A stretch of DNA of 64,000 nt, taken from assembly GCF_009914755.1 (NCBI RefSeq), contig NC_060944.1; one strand, 5' to 3'. The stretch comes from the human T2T-CHM13v2.0 reference genome, Homo sapiens. The notes below the pieces were generated by a model. The model was given only the letters and a program-made list of their open reading frames with translations. It ran no database searches and was not told where the DNA came from. The position numbers were made by a program, and so were the translations under genes. This document shows, in pieces, positions 47,898 to 62,509 of this stretch (position 1 is its first letter; the number at the start of each line of letters is the position of its first letter).

Positions 47898-50800
47898 CCC
47901 GCCGTGGCAACACAAGCCGCTGGGAAGGAGAAACATCTCGCTCTCATTTCATTCTGGGCATCAAGGCTGTGCTCATCACTTGGAGGGCCCGGGGGCTCCT
48001 GCCATTTTTCTTCGTAATTTTTCCCTTGGGGAGGGTGATGAATGCAGCAGGCTCTCGGGGGTGACCAAGCCCATCTTCCAAACACAAAATAAGGTCACTC
48101 TAATTTAATTTAGTGTCCTCTTTCCTTGTGAATAATTTCACATTAACAGGTTCGTGTGCCTCGTTGGAGAGGCCCCATCCTCCTTTTCATGGTCTCCTCC
48201 AGAGACAGGCACAGTCCCTCTGGGAGGTGCGGGCACATCTCTGCCCTGTCCTGTTTGTCCTACACTGGCAGGAGAGGAACCGTGAGCAGGCCACTCCCTA
48301 GATGCCACGCAGGGGGGCCGAACCCTTTATGCACATCATCTGATTGAATTCTCACCGTCATTCTGTGAGGTCCGTACTTATGGGACCCCCACTTTGCAGA
48401 TGAGGAGACTGAGGCTGGGAGAGGTGAGGCGACCGCCAAAGACCGCACAGTCCAAGGCTCAGAAATGAGTTCCTCTGACCCCAAAGCCTGACCGTTTGCC
48501 CGACCCCCAGCAGTCCTGAGTGTGATTATCCCAAAATGCCAGAAACAGCGGGAGATCGAGCCAAGGGCTTGTGTTGAATGTGACTGATCTTGGGGTCAGT
48601 AACAAGTGCCTGGCGTGTCGCCCCCAACGCAGTCCATGAAGCTGGTATTCATGGCCTGTGGTACCCACCTCTGAGCCAGCGCAGAGCAAAATCCGGACGG
48701 TGAGGAAGGAAGCGGGTGCCAGGAGTTATGGGCACCTGCCATGGCATAACACAGACGCTGACAGCTGCCCTCTCCTCTGCCTCTTCCTGTGTGCCAAGCC
48801 CCTCACCACGAAAGACTTCACCCTGTCTCTGAGTTTTTCATGACAAGCCCCGAGGGGCAGCATTGCCCCAATCACAGGCGAGGGGACGGGCCTGGAAATA
48901 GTTTCCAAACTCCGAAGCAGATTTGTGACACGGGAATGATACACACGACGGCACGTGTGCGATTCAGAAATATAATTGCATTAAATGACCTCGCAGTGGA
49001 CACCCACAGCGTCCAGAGCTGGAAGGCCTGTACGGGACATGGGCCTGTGGAGTGAAGATGGTGGCTCCCACCTCCAGCTGTGTCTTTGGTGCAGTCAAGG
49101 AGACGATGGTCAGGTGCCTGCATTTGGGATCCAAGGGGACCCCACCTTTCAGTTAGAGCTCAGGTAAGGCAAAGACACTATTCTTTCCCATCCAAGTTTC
49201 TGGACCTCTGTTCTTGGGGGCAGAGCCTGGACCTGAACTGAGGGCAGAGCAGGGGCCTCAGGGTTCAGATCCCTGTTCGGACGTTTCATGGCTGTAAACG
49301 GGGAGAGGGTCGCTGGAAAATTTGTTAATGTGCAAGAAGAACCCACCCAGCCCACGGGGGCACTAGGCGGGGAGGTGCGGCGGCGACTGAGTTTCTCAGA
49401 AATAACGGGGGCAACAATGGGGTGCTGGGGCTCATTTCTCTCTCTTCAGCTGGGGAGCTGGGAGCAGAGTCCACCCAGCTCCTGCCGGCCCCATGGAGGT
49501 TTCCAGACCAGACGACCCCCCTCCACCGCCACCCCAACAGTCTGTCCCAGGGGAGGGGCAGCTGGCGTCCTTCCTGGTTAACAAGCAGCCAGTGCATGGG
49601 GCCCTGTCTGGCCTCCTGGCCGCACACCGAGGAATTAGGAATTGGCGCTGTCTGAAATTTATGAAAATCTAATCTTGTTAGGCCTGCCTGGATGAGACCC
49701 GCCTGGCGGGGCCTCATTGTCATTCTGCAGAGCCCCAGCGGCCCTGGGGTTCCAGCCACTTCATTTACTGCCCTCTCCCCTACCTACCCCCACTACATTT
49801 GAATAGGAACCCAGCTCCCTGCCACCCCACCCCAGCCCCCCGAATTTTAAGTACAATCAAACCAGCCGTCAAAGGAATAACTTTCTGATCACTCCTGGTG
49901 CCATTTCAAACACCCCCGACGGCATGTCTATTTCTTAGGGTAAGACCTTTTATGGGTAAAAAAATTTGCTCTGTCTTCCTCTTGAGGTTTGGGGGGCGGG
50001 CGGCAAATCTAGGCCGGTTTTCTCGTTTTTAAAACCAGACTGTACTGCTTTCAGAGTGCTTGCTTTGTGGCAAGCACACGGCTGAGCACCTGGCACCCGG
50101 ACAGGTGAACCTGGGACACTGTCCCATGTTGGGGAGGGACGCTGAGAGGGGACAAGTCACGTGGTCAGCCAGGGTGGGGACTGGGGCCCACATCAGGGCC
50201 TGCGCTGGCTCCCTGCCCTGCTGTTCTTGGTAGAATCTTGGGATAGAGGTTAACAGCATGCAGCTAGCACCCAGTGGTCCTGGGCTCAAGTCCTCGCATT
50301 GCCATTTGCTGTGACCTTCAGTAAATCTCCTGGTACCCTCATCTGAGAAGAAAACGGAGAGATAACTAAGTCCCCTGTACACAAGGTTGTAGCAAGAACT
50401 ACGAAAGTTAACTTCCCGGATGGAACCTCTTGAGTCAAGAACTCCAAGCTCTGGGCTAGGCTCCTCCTACGCCTGTCCCCTGTCCCCACAAGACATGAGC
50501 TGCAGGCATCCAAACTCACAGTGGGTGGAGAAGGTTCCCTTAAGCAGGCCCCGGTCCAGCGCCATCACTTATGTGCAGTGTAGGCTGGAGCACCTCTGCA
50601 GAGTGAAACAGCAAACTCTGGACATTTTCAGGTGTGAACCTTTGCTCCAGCATATAGACAGCTGGGTGCTGATCACCCATTTCCAGTTCCCCTGGGCTCC
50701 TCCCCCATGTGCTCTGTTCCAGCCACTTGTTTTCTGTTCTATAAAAGCACCATGCATGACCCACCTCAGGACCCTGGCACGTGCCATTCTTCCTGCCTGG

Positions 50801-51113
50801 AATGATTTTTCCTCAATATCTTCATGGCTTGCTCCCTTCATTGCCTTGATCCCGGCCCCCAGGTCCCTGCCTCAGACTAAAACAGCCCTCTGCCCTCCAG
50901 CCTCCAGGACCCCCATCCCTGTGCCTGCTTTACTGATCTCTGCAGCCCTGATCTGGAAGCTGTATATGACCCACCCAACACTGCACTCTCTGCCTCTCCC
51001 CTCTGGAATATCAGTGGCTCAGAGCGAACTCATTCTCCATGGTGTCCTCAGCACCTAGAATGGTGCCTTCCCCAAGGCAGGCACGTAATGACTACACTGA
51101 ATAAAAAAGCACA

Positions 51114-51462
<349 letters not shown>

Positions 51463-53714
51463 TGAGTGTGCAAGAAGGCCCCCTGCAGGTTTGCACAAAA
51501 GGTCACAATCAACTGGGAACCACTGAAATGTCCCTGGCAGGGATGACACCACCCTGGGAAGCACAGCCACCGGTCAGTCTGTATCCTCACGGGATGAGCC
51601 CAAACTGGGTTAGAAAAGAACAACAAATATGTTTTTAAAAATACAGGTGAAACCTTCTGATACACACCTATATTTATGAGTGACTGTCCACGTCTGCACA
51701 GACCAGGGACCAGCAGGGCATGCATGAAACTGCCAGCTGTGGGTCCCTCGAGGAGGGACCACAGACACCAGGGGACATCCCTTCCGTGTAATACATTTCT
51801 GCAATCTCAGCATTTTGGAGCACATATAATTATATTTATAGTAAAAGAGGGAAAAAAAAAAGATTTGAGAAGCATCTGTCAGTATCCAAAACAGACAGCT
51901 GCTCCCATAACGAGGCTTCCCAGGTGGTCTCTGCGGAGGTGCTGTCACCCTGGGCTGACAAGGGCTGCTGCGGGAGGGGCTCGGAATTAGGGTGGGAAGG
52001 CCGGACAGTCTCTGCCTGACCCTAGGAGCACAGATACTGCACTGGGAATGGGTGGGGCAGGGAGGGGCACCTGACCACCCCTCCACGTGCCCTGGCTGAG
52101 GGCCCCAAGGTGGCATCCAGGCACCAGACATCTCGCTTCCTGGGCCTTCCCTCTCCTGGCCTGGAGGTAGGGGTGGGGTGGGGGGGGTAGTACATGGAGC
52201 CAGGCATGCAGGCTGCCCTGTGGCACCCACCGGTCCACTGTCTCTCCTTCACTGGGCCACTCCAGGGAGGAAGGTGTCTTCTCTGGGCCTCCGTGGTGCA
52301 GCACAGCTAATGGGCTGGCAGATGATGGTTCTGAGTGTGCTGTCTCACCACCCGGCCTCAAGCCCCAGGATCCACACTCATGCCCGCTGTCTAGAGACCA
52401 CTTCCACCTTTTCTTCACCTGGCTGACTCACCACAATCTTTCCTCCCTCCTTCCAACCTCCCTCCCTCCTAGGTGCCAGGATCAAGGCTGACACGCCTGA
52501 CAAGCCTCCACCCTCAGGTCGCATGCACACCTGCAATGCCCCGTCGGCCTTGGTCTTCCCCTTCCAGGCTCCCACACTAACTCCCACTTGGCCCCCTGCC
52601 CTATGGTCTGAGCCTGTCAGGCTGGGTGTGCCTGACTCCGCGTTGTATTCCGTCCCCAGCCAGCACAGACCCAAGGGATTTCAGAGATCAATGAACGGCA
52701 CATACCTGGCCTCTGTGTGCTTCTCTTTTCACTGGTACCCTGTTCTAGTTTGCAAAGGGCCACTCAGGTTAGGGGCGGGCTGCCTTTTTATACCACCCAG
52801 AGAGAACTGTGCAGAACCCCATTCATTTCCGAAGCTTTGGGAGTTCCTGAGCAACACAGAGAAACACGTTCTTCCCCACCGCCCCCCCAACCCCCAACCA
52901 GTGTCCCGAGTCATCACACAGGAGGTGGACCTGGAGGAGGATGCAGCGCGGCCGTGGGTGAGCCCTGCGTCTGAAAGTGCATTCAGGGAACAGGAAAGTA
53001 AACGGTCTCTAGAATCATTTTAGAACCTGATGATTTTAGAATACTCCTCCAATGAGAAAAGACAAAGCTGTGCCTTTTATCCTTCTTGCTATTATCCAAA
53101 TGGAAAGAACTAATGGGATTTTTGTTTCTATTGTCACTGACATCGAACACCTTTAAACATCCACTGTCAGCAAAATATCAGTCACCGTTTGAATTATTGG
53201 CAGAACGGAGTGAACTCACAGTGAGCGAGCAGTCAGTGGACATGTCGGAGGTGCATAACATCCGAAAGTTATTTAAAATAAACCAAATGTGTTTGTTAAT
53301 TGAGGAGAGTGGACGACAAATGGGGAACGGGTGGGCGTGGGTGAGTGAGTCCGTGGTGGTGTTGACGGCCACAGTCTTCTTGGAGGATATTGAGCAGTGC
53401 CTGTCAACATTACACAAGCACTTCACCTTTCAACCCTGCAAGTTCAACTTCCAGAATCATATCCAGTGGAAAAATTCACAGAAGGGCCCAAAACGTATAT
53501 ATAGATATACACAAAACAAATATGTATATACACACACATATATATCCCTGTTCATATATATATATTGCATGGGGTGTTTTTCAAATGATCAACCAGAGAC
53601 CATCTAAATGCCACCAAACACACCTTGGTACATCACATTATGGGATGAGGCCATTAAAACTGATGACATAAATCTACGCTGAGCTCTGAGCAGGGGAAAC
53701 TGAGCTTGGAGCTG

Positions 53715-53882
53715 GATCATCTCTATTGTGGGGCCGTCCTAAGCAGCAGGGTGTTCAGCAGCAACCTGGGCTCTACCCACTAGAGGCTAGAAGCACCATC
53801 AATCCCCATTGCGACACTCAAAAATGTCTCCAGGGATTGCCAAACGCCCCCTGTGGGGCAAGTCACCCCTGGCTAAGAACTG
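53715..53882 (-). mobile_element. MER20
   Basis: CCTGGGCTCTACCCACTAGA...AAAAATGTCTCCAG...TTGCCAAA...TAAGAACTG. Confidence 0.7.
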
Positions 53883-56060
53883 CTGGTCCACTGTCTGGCT
53901 CCCAGGAATTGAATCCAATTCAGTCTGATAATGGATGGATGCTGGCAATTATTGTGGGGCAGAAATAATGAAACTGGAATGGTAAATAAAATATGGATCC
54001 ATTTTTATAGCAAAAATGAGGATAAAAAATTAAATTGTTCATGATGACTTCTTCTAGATGAAGGGGCTATCCCTTTTACTTTTTTGTATTCGTAAATTGT
54101 TTGCATTTTTATAACAGGCATAACACTTCTAATTTTTTAAATCTTAATAACATACCAGAAAGACTCTCGCACGCGCACGTGTGTGCCTGCATGCACTCAC
54201 ATGTGTGTTTCCAACCGGCCGACAGTGACGCACGTATGCCCTCGCCACTCGGCAAGCACCTCGTGCTCCTTGGTAACCAGCAGATGTTTCTCTCAATTAC
54301 TGATTTTCAAGAGCCTGGTGTTTCCTGACATGAGCCAGGATGGCGGGCGGCGCCCAGGGGAGGGGAAGTGAACCGGGGCTCCGTTTCCAAGGCTCTTGGA
54401 CAAAAAGCGAAGCCCTGGATCAGGAAGCACAATGCGGCTGGTATTTAGCCGCTTCTCAATAGTGCCTCATTCAATCCCCGGGGCCTCATTGATGCCCGCC
54501 GCGTGCTGGAGAGCCTCTGAGGGTCAGTCGGCGACGGGCACCGTCTGGAGGGGTCTCGCCGCTAACCCGGGGTGGCTCTGTCTTTCGGGAGCAAGAGGGG
54601 CCCAGCTATTCTCGGTCTCCCCTGGGGCAGAGGCAGGGAGGTGGGCAGATGGGCAAGGTCAGGCGTCAGAGAGGCTGGAGGAAGCAGTGAGGGTCTGGGC
54701 AGGCCCCTTGCACCATCGGGCTCCCAGGAGTCGAATCCAATTCAGTAAACACTCAGCGGAGTAGCTTAGCGGTTAAAAGGAATCCTGGCGCTGTCCTGCC
54801 TGGATCCAACCCCCAGCTCTCCCCATGGCCAAACACAGGGCATCAGGAAGTGATTCGTTCACTCTCTGTGCCTCGGTTTCCACATCTGGAAAAGCGGAAT
54901 ACCACTAGCACCCACGCACGGGTTGCTGTGTGGATGCAGTGGAGTGAAGAGCCATAAAGTACAATGAACGGCACCTGGTGCATACTTAGGTGCGCAGTAA
55001 GTATCAGCCGCCAGTAAGAGGGCTGCTCCCTGGGCCCAACATGCCGGTTCTCCTGGGCCCCCGCCCCGACTTCATCACCAATTGCCCCTGACTGTGGTCC
55101 AAGCCTCTTGGCCGCCAGCACCCTGGCCGCACTGGGAGCAGAAGGCCTGCCTTCTTGGGGCCACACCTTTGCCCGGGCTGGCCCACCTGCCTGGGGTGCC
55201 TGCCCTCCTCCTGCTGCCCATTCTCGGTGGCCTGCGTCTACCCCATTTCCAATGGCCCAGCCCCTGCAGCCACTTCCTTCTCTGGCTGTCTCTGGCAGTT
55301 TTAAACTCTCCCATGTGGTGGTTAATTTTGTAAATACCACCCAAGACATCTGCTATGACTTCTAAGAAAATGTCTAAGTCATGACTTAGCCTTTCCTCGG
55401 TCTATGTCTTGCTGCCATCGTTGGTGTGGCCACTCTGTCAGATGCAATCGCCTCGTCCTGCAGCCTCCTCAAAGCCGGCATGAGCCCGGCATGCAGGAGT
55501 CCAGTCTCTAACTGGTAGACTCCTCTTTAACCCTCAAAGCCCAGGGCTGGTCGCCTGAGAACTGCCACATCCTGCATAGTAGTAGTAACTACTGTGGTGT
55601 CAAGCGCAGGCCACCACCACGTGGGACTCCCAGCTACAAGGAAAAGAGTGTCCCATCATGAGTGTCCCTTTACCAGTGTCCCTGGCACCTGGTCCACAGC
55701 CAGCAAAGAGACCCACAGCCAGTCAACACATGATCAGCCAAGCTACTACCTCCAGAGCAGTACAGAGGCTCACGGTGTGAACCTGGATGTGGCACACACC
55801 TGCACCCTAGTCCGGACCCTGCTACCTGCCACCTGAGTGCTACCCTCCCCTCTCTGGGCTTGTTTTCCCACCTTCAGACCCCAAGAGCAAATGGGGCCTC
55901 ACTCATGCAACCAACATGGGAGTTCCATAGTAAATGCCTCTCCCAAAGCCTGACAAGTGGTGGCCACTATTGGGTTGTTGCTAATAGTAACATTATAGAG
56001 GTGGCCATTCCCACCTCCCTTCCCAAACCCTCTGTTTGGAGCAGAAAGCAAAGGACCTCG

Positions 56061-56459
56061 TGTTATAGACCTCTGTGCCCCTCCAACATATGTTGAAGCC
56101 CTGACCCCTGGTGTGGCTGCATGTAAAGACGGAGCCTCTAGGGAAGTAATTAAGGTTAAAAGAGGTCATAAAGGTGGGGGCCTGATCCAACAGGATTAGT
56201 GACCTGATAAGAAGAGACAGCATAGAGCTCATTCTCTCCCCCCTCCTTCCATGTGCTGGCACCAAGGAACGGCCATGTGAGGACGCAGCCAGGAGGTGGC
56301 CATCTACAAGCCACAAAGCAGTTCTCACCAGAACCCAAACTTGCTGGCCCCTTGATCTTGGACTTCCCAACCTCCAGAACTGCAGGAAAACAAATGTCTA
56401 CTGTCTAAGCCACACAGTCCGGGGTTATTTTATTACAGCGGCCTGAGCAGAATAATACA
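56061..56459 (+). mobile_element. MLT1A/B-type solo LTR
   Basis: GGAAGTAATTAAGGTTAAA.GAGGTCATAA.GGTGGGGGCCTGATCCAA...CTCCAGAACTG...AATACA. Confidence 0.82.
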
Positions 56460-59400
56460 CCTTGTTTAGACAGACAGAGGGGGCTGAACAGAGGGAAATG
56501 AGCTGCAAGGTGAGGAGGCAGGACCCCTGCCCTGGATGATGGACTTGCAGAATCCCAGCTACACCCCTTTGGGACAGAATATTAGCAACCTGCCCTCTGT
56601 CTCCATGCAGGGACGCCCAGGGGGATGTCTTATTTTATTTTCCATGAAAGACATTTTCTTCTGTCATCTAAATCTATCCTCAGGCCCTTTCCCTTCCTAT
56701 TCCCTCACTGCGGCAGCGCATATATTTATCGTGCCCCTGCTGTATGCCAGGCCCTGCATGAGCACTGAGAATTCACGATGATTGAGGCCAGGCCTCAGGA
56801 GCAAGGGCACGCAAATTCTACTGTGATCTGTCCTCTCTGGAGCACAGCAATTTGATCCTGTACCCCAGAAATCAGGCTGGACTTATATCTGGACAGATGA
56901 ATGTGGACATACGAGGAATAGCTTGGAATCTTCTAAAGCCGTTCTGACCACAGTGAACGTGCAGTAGGTACAGTGAGCTCCTGCTGTGTTTCATGCCCCA
57001 TATGGAGGGGTTTCTGTCATCTCATTTAATTTTCTCAGCAGCTTCCCAGGAAGTACGCTTGTCTTATTATCATCCCATTTTTGGGATAAGGAATCTGAGG
57101 CTCGGAGAGGTGCAACAATGTCACCGCCCACCCTCCACCCGTCCCGCCCAGAAAAGTCACAGAAGTTCAGGTGGCAAGGGCCAGACTTTCCCTGTGCCTG
57201 GGACACAGAGCCCGGTGCTGTGATATCTGTTCTCACTAGTCACAAGAGTGGACAACAAACTCAAAACAAAGTACCCACCCCGAAAAGCAGCCTCCAGCAG
57301 CCCCGACCCCTCCACCGGCAGCCATGCCTTCACCTCCTCCGACCTCTTGGAAGCAGCAAAAGGCAAGGCCTGAGTCCGTCAGGAGCCCGACTGAGCTGGA
57401 AGGTCACTGCCATCATGACCCACGTGCCCCCCAACCATGCCAACTTGCTGACCCTAGCCTGGCGCTTGGCTCATCACCTTCATGTGGGGCTCAGAGGCCC
57501 AGGAAGACCCCTGGCCCACAGGCGGAGCATTCCTTGCTACGAGTGTTTTCCGGTTTGGGGGAGGAGGGTCTAGGAAATGCTGCTGGCCACACTGACAGTC
57601 GGCCCCTGAATGGATTGCCGGGCCCAGCGGCAGCTTGAGGAGGGAAGGAGCTCAGATGGGAAGGGCGACCTCGCTAGAGAGGGGGCTCCAGGGCAGCAAA
57701 CGTGTCCAAGGGTGTCTGTGTGTCTGCCTCCCACCTTTGATTGTTTGGGGGTGTGTCCTTTCCTCTGGGGCATCTGTCTGTCTGTCTGTCTCCGGTGTGT
57801 GACTGTCTGGGGTCTAAATCCGTTGAGTCTTTCCCTGTGTCTCCATCTGTATGAGTCTCTTCCTCTTTCTTTTTCAGGCAACGTGAAAAACAGATTCCAA
57901 GAAGGAAGTTCTAAGCCTCCCAGACATCAGCCGCCTCTCCCTGTCCCCGCCCCACAGGCGAGGCTATTCCAGCCCTTGCTATCACTTCCTTTCGAAGCAG
58001 CATCTTCCAGAAGCAGAAAATCCCAAATTCTGGGAAGACGAGGTTCTGACCAACTGTTCTGCGAAGGCAGCAGGGGAAGCTTCCGGAGGTGTCTTTTCTC
58101 TGAGCGTCGAGATGGGGACACAGCAAAGCTGTGGAAGGCAGGCAGCCTGGCTCTGGATTCGAATCCAGATGCAGCCACCTGCTGTATGTGTGGTGTCTGT
58201 GGTGACCTGGCCCCTTGCCTCAGCTTCTTCACAGTAAGGCACGAATCAACAACAGTACCTGCCTCACAGGACTGCTTAAGGGTGAACTCAACAGGGACAT
58301 AGGTACTAGCTCTCGGAACGCTAGCTGGTACACAGCAAGTGCATAATAAATGGTGATCATCATGACATGGCAAAGCAGGCATCATGACTTGGCAAAGCAT
58401 GCATGCTGACCGGGCAAGCATGGTGAATGCGTCAAGGATGTCAGGCGCACGTTTATTAACGATCTGGAGTGACTGATATTGAGCAGGTAAATTCAATTTA
58501 TAGAATCACAACTGGTACGAAAAGAGGAAGAAAGAGAAATGGTGAGAAAACTCAAGAAACCAGAAACATCCATCAGAAGACAGACCTAGATGGGAGCTCA
58601 CGGTCCAGCTGCAGAGGCTCAAGGGGCCGACTGGCTGGGGATCAGCTCTCCTGCCCTCGAGGGGCGGAGCTGTGGGAGAGCCACTGGGAGCTGGACCCCC
58701 CATGACGAGAGGCCTCCTTGCACTGCTGAGCACCCACACAGAGACCCTGTGGCCAAAGGAGGAGGAGAGAGAACCTTGGCGTTCATCCCTCAAGAGCAGA
58801 AGGTTTCTCCACGTGGCCTCCTTGTCTCCCTACTTCCTCTCTTGCAAACACACCCCCCGTCTATTCTCCACCCTGCAGCCGGAACAATCTTTAAAAAAAA
58901 TCAAGTCTCTGACTTCCCACACTATGCTCAGGTTAAAACCCTGCGAGGCCCACCCCACCTCACCACTGCACTTCCCATCTCCTTCCTCGCTCACCATGCG
59001 CCAGCCAGCCTGGCCTTTCGCCTGCTCCCACCCCAAGGCCTTTGCACATGCAGTTTTGTCTGTGGGAAGACTTGCCCTGGGTCTGTCATCCCACATGTGC
59101 TCTCACCTCTTCTCTTACTCTGCATCGCCTGGTGGCCTGTCTTGGTCACGAGGGGCAGTGCAGAGTATGGTCAGGAGTATGGATTATTCTGGCTGTGGGA
59201 GCAGCTGTGTGTCTCCACTTCCTTGTCTGTACCATGGAGTGAACTATGGCCCCGTCTCATTGGGTTGTTTGAGGATCGTAAAGAACCCAGAAAGCACCTG
59301 GTGTGTAGGAAGCACTGAGTACGTGTTGGCTGCTATGAGAAACCATCTTCTTTCTAAGTGCTTGCTTGTTCATTGTCAAGTGCACCTCACCAGCAAGAAA

Positions 59401-59589
59401 GCACCTCGATGACCCTTATTTACCCTGGCGCTGTATCCGTGAGGGCTAACACCACACCTGACACAAGAAGTGGCCCTCGATTAACATGTGAAAGAGGAAG
59501 GAATCTCTGCAAAATGTCCATTCCCCAGCACTCGCATCTTTCCACCAAAGCCAGAGACCAGAGGAGGGCATGGATGTGAATGGAAACTG

Positions 59590-60345
59590 AAGGGTCTTTC
59601 AAAAACTAAATCTGCAACTCCCATCCGACCCAGCAATTGCACTCCTGGGCATTTATCCCAGAGAAATGAAGACTTAATGTTCACACAAAAACCTGTGCAT
59701 GAGTGTTCACGGCAGCTTTACTTTTCATAGCAAAAACAAACAAACAAACAAAAAAAACTGGAAGCAATCCAGATGTCCCTCAACAGGTGAATGGTTAAAC
59801 TAACCATGGTGCATTCATACCTTGGAACACTACGCAGCAACAAGAAGGAATGAACTACTGACACCTACAGCAATGTGGAGACATCTTCAGAGAATTACGT
59901 TAAGTGAAAAAAGCCAATTTCAAAAGGCTAGATAGTGTGTGACTCCATTTCTATAACATGCTTAAAATAACAATATTATAGAAATGGAGAAGAGATTAGT
60001 GGTTTCATGGGTAAGGGGGTGGATACAGTTAGAAAAGGGTAGAATGAGATGTTCTTGTGATGGGACTGTTGTGTCTTGACTGGTGGTTACACAAATCTAC
60101 GCATACAATAAAACTGCATTGAACGAAACACACACACAGACACACACACTCGAATGAGTGTGTGTAAAACTGGGGAAAGGTAAGGTTGATGGTTTGTGAC
60201 AAATGTCAACTGCTGGCTTTGGCACTGTACTACAGTTATGTAAGACGGTACCATTGGGGGAAGCTGGAGGATATCTACATAGAACCTCTCTGTATTATTT
60301 TTTACAACCGCATGCTAACAAACAATTGTCTCAAAATAAAAAGTT
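59590..60345 (+). mobile_element. Old L1M 3' fragment
   Basis: GACCCAGCAATTGCACTCCTGGGCATTTATCCCAGAGAAATGAA...CTCAAAATAAAAAG. Confidence 0.85.
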
Positions 60346-62301
60346 TTCTGAAAACAAGTGAACGGTCTGGGAGTGCCCTGTCCCTTGGCATCACCAGAAT
60401 CGCCCTGGCAGAGGCTGAGGCCAGCAGCCTTAAGCGGTCCTTAGGGCCTGGCCCAGGCCTGGCACTGGGGGAGGGGGTTAGTTTCCTGCAAAGGGAGGGT
60501 AAGAGCCGAAACAGAAGCCGCTTCCCTCTCTCGCAGCCTCCCTCGCCTCCCGCTCACAGCATCTGCCATCTGGCTGCTGCAGCCACACGAAACCATCTCT
60601 CGGCTGTCATCTCTCCACTTGCAGGTCTGGCTCCCAGGTTTGAAGATTAAATTCTAAACACGTCATTTAAAATTTAGAAACGAGGAAAGGAGATTTTAAG
60701 TAATCTGGAAGCACTGGCTCCTATTGTCTGCCCCAAGTAATAAGCATGGAACCTCCAACCTCTGTCTTAAAGGTGACAAGAGCCAGGGGAGGGAGAGCAG
60801 CTTGGGATTCCCCGATGTAAAGTGTCACTGCCTCCCCAATACAATCAAATACTCCCAAAAGGATGTCCCAAACTACCACTGTACCCCCAAGAGAAAGCAT
60901 CACTGTAAAGTATCAACATATTGTTCAGGAAGAACTGCGGACGTCTCTGCCAGTGAGCACTTCAGGCACAGAAGAGCCAGGAACTGCAGGGATCTCTGAA
61001 CAACACGAGTGTTTTTGAAGAAGAGTCCTCCTCTGTCTTCTCCAGAACATGGAACAGAACTAGAGCAGGTTTGTGATAATGAGCACCTAGGAGCGGGGAC
61101 CTCCTTAAATGATCTGGTTAGGGACAGCCTTTCGGAGGAGGTGGCTTTTCAGCAGAGACCTTAAATATGAGGAGAGTTGGGGAAAAAACACTCCTGGCCA
61201 AACAATGGCAAGTGCAAATGCCCTGAGGTAGGAAACCTTTGTCTCATTCAAGGGCAAGAAACCCTACCTCCTGGGGCATAGCATGAAGATACAATGAGGA
61301 GCTAGCTGCTTTGGGGCTTGGCAAAGCTGCACTGAGACTTCCTGCAGGTGGCCATGGGTGTGTATTGGGGCAAAGGCAGCATAGACAACGTGAACTTGAA
61401 ACGATTCAGGTATCATTTTCCAGTGTGACTCTCCAAACACGGCACACATCAGACCTGCTGGGGAAGCTCCTTTCAGACAATGCGGGAGCCGTGTCCAACA
61501 GGCTGAAATTGACATCGTTCAGTGGCGGGTTCCGGGACCTGCAGGGAATGGACTTACAAGCGCCCGCTATGGATGAACAGATTCCAACCAGGCGCTCGCT
61601 TCCTTAGTGAAGGAACCACTTGTTCAATTATGAAGCCCAGGATGTGAAAGCAACTGCTGGAGCCACATAGGTGAATTTGTTATGCTGGAAGGGGGTGGTC
61701 ACCTGGCACTGTGAGTGGCTCAGAGATCCCTAAGTGATCAGAATTGTAAACGACCCAGGGGAAAACCTTGGGAAAAAACTCACCCTCTTAGATACTGAGT
61801 TTCTAGGGGAGGAGAGTGGCTTAGAAGCCCCTAAAATGGGTCAGATGAGAAAAGGACAGGGCCAGAGAGGGGGAGGGAGTTGCCCAGAGACACAGAGCAA
61901 CTGTGCAAAGCTGGCTAGAGCCAGAGCCTGCGCCTTCCAGTTCCTTGGGTACAGGCTGTCCACGCAGGCATCCCTGGTGGGAGTGAGGGTCACAATGGCT
62001 GTGACCTTGACCATCTTTGCAAGGTGAGCCTAGCTTGTGGCATGGAGTCTGGCTTGCACTGCAAGCCCCAGGGAACCGTCGGGGGATGAGTGGATGGTAA
62101 AAACGACTTCTGCCCGTCAGACACTCAGACACACCAGCGGGGAGAGCTGCAGCCACTCCAGCTTTAGCTGGGTTGTGCTAAGAGCTTTAAGTGCATTATA
62201 TCATTCAAAGCTCCCAAGGAGCCGCTTTGGGGAGTCCCGTCAACACCCGCATTCTGCAGATGAAGGGACTGGGACCTCAAGGGCAGCTGCTAGGGCTAAG
62301 G

Positions 62302-62509
62302 TGTGGTTCTTCTACTGGAGATGATTTTGCCCCAGGGGACATCTGGCCATATCTGGAAACACTTGTGGTTGCCACAACTGGGAGGGGGTGTTACTAGCAT
62401 CCAGTGGGCGAGGGGAAGTAGCTAAACATCCACCCTGCCACGCACAGGGAAGTCCCCCACAGAAAAGAATTATTGAGCCCAAACGTCAGCACCAAGGTCG
62501 AGAAACTCT
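62302..62509 (+). mobile_element. MER20
   Basis: GATTTTGCCCCAGGGGACATCTGGC..TATCTGGA...AAGAATTATT..GCCCAAA.GTCA..A.CAAGGTCGAGAAAC. Confidence 0.78.

Noticed and set aside
57610-59412. 230-246 aa ORFs in PMEPA1 intron 1
   Set aside because: No recognisable domain, overlapping frames, and they span MIR/L2-like and low-complexity DNA.
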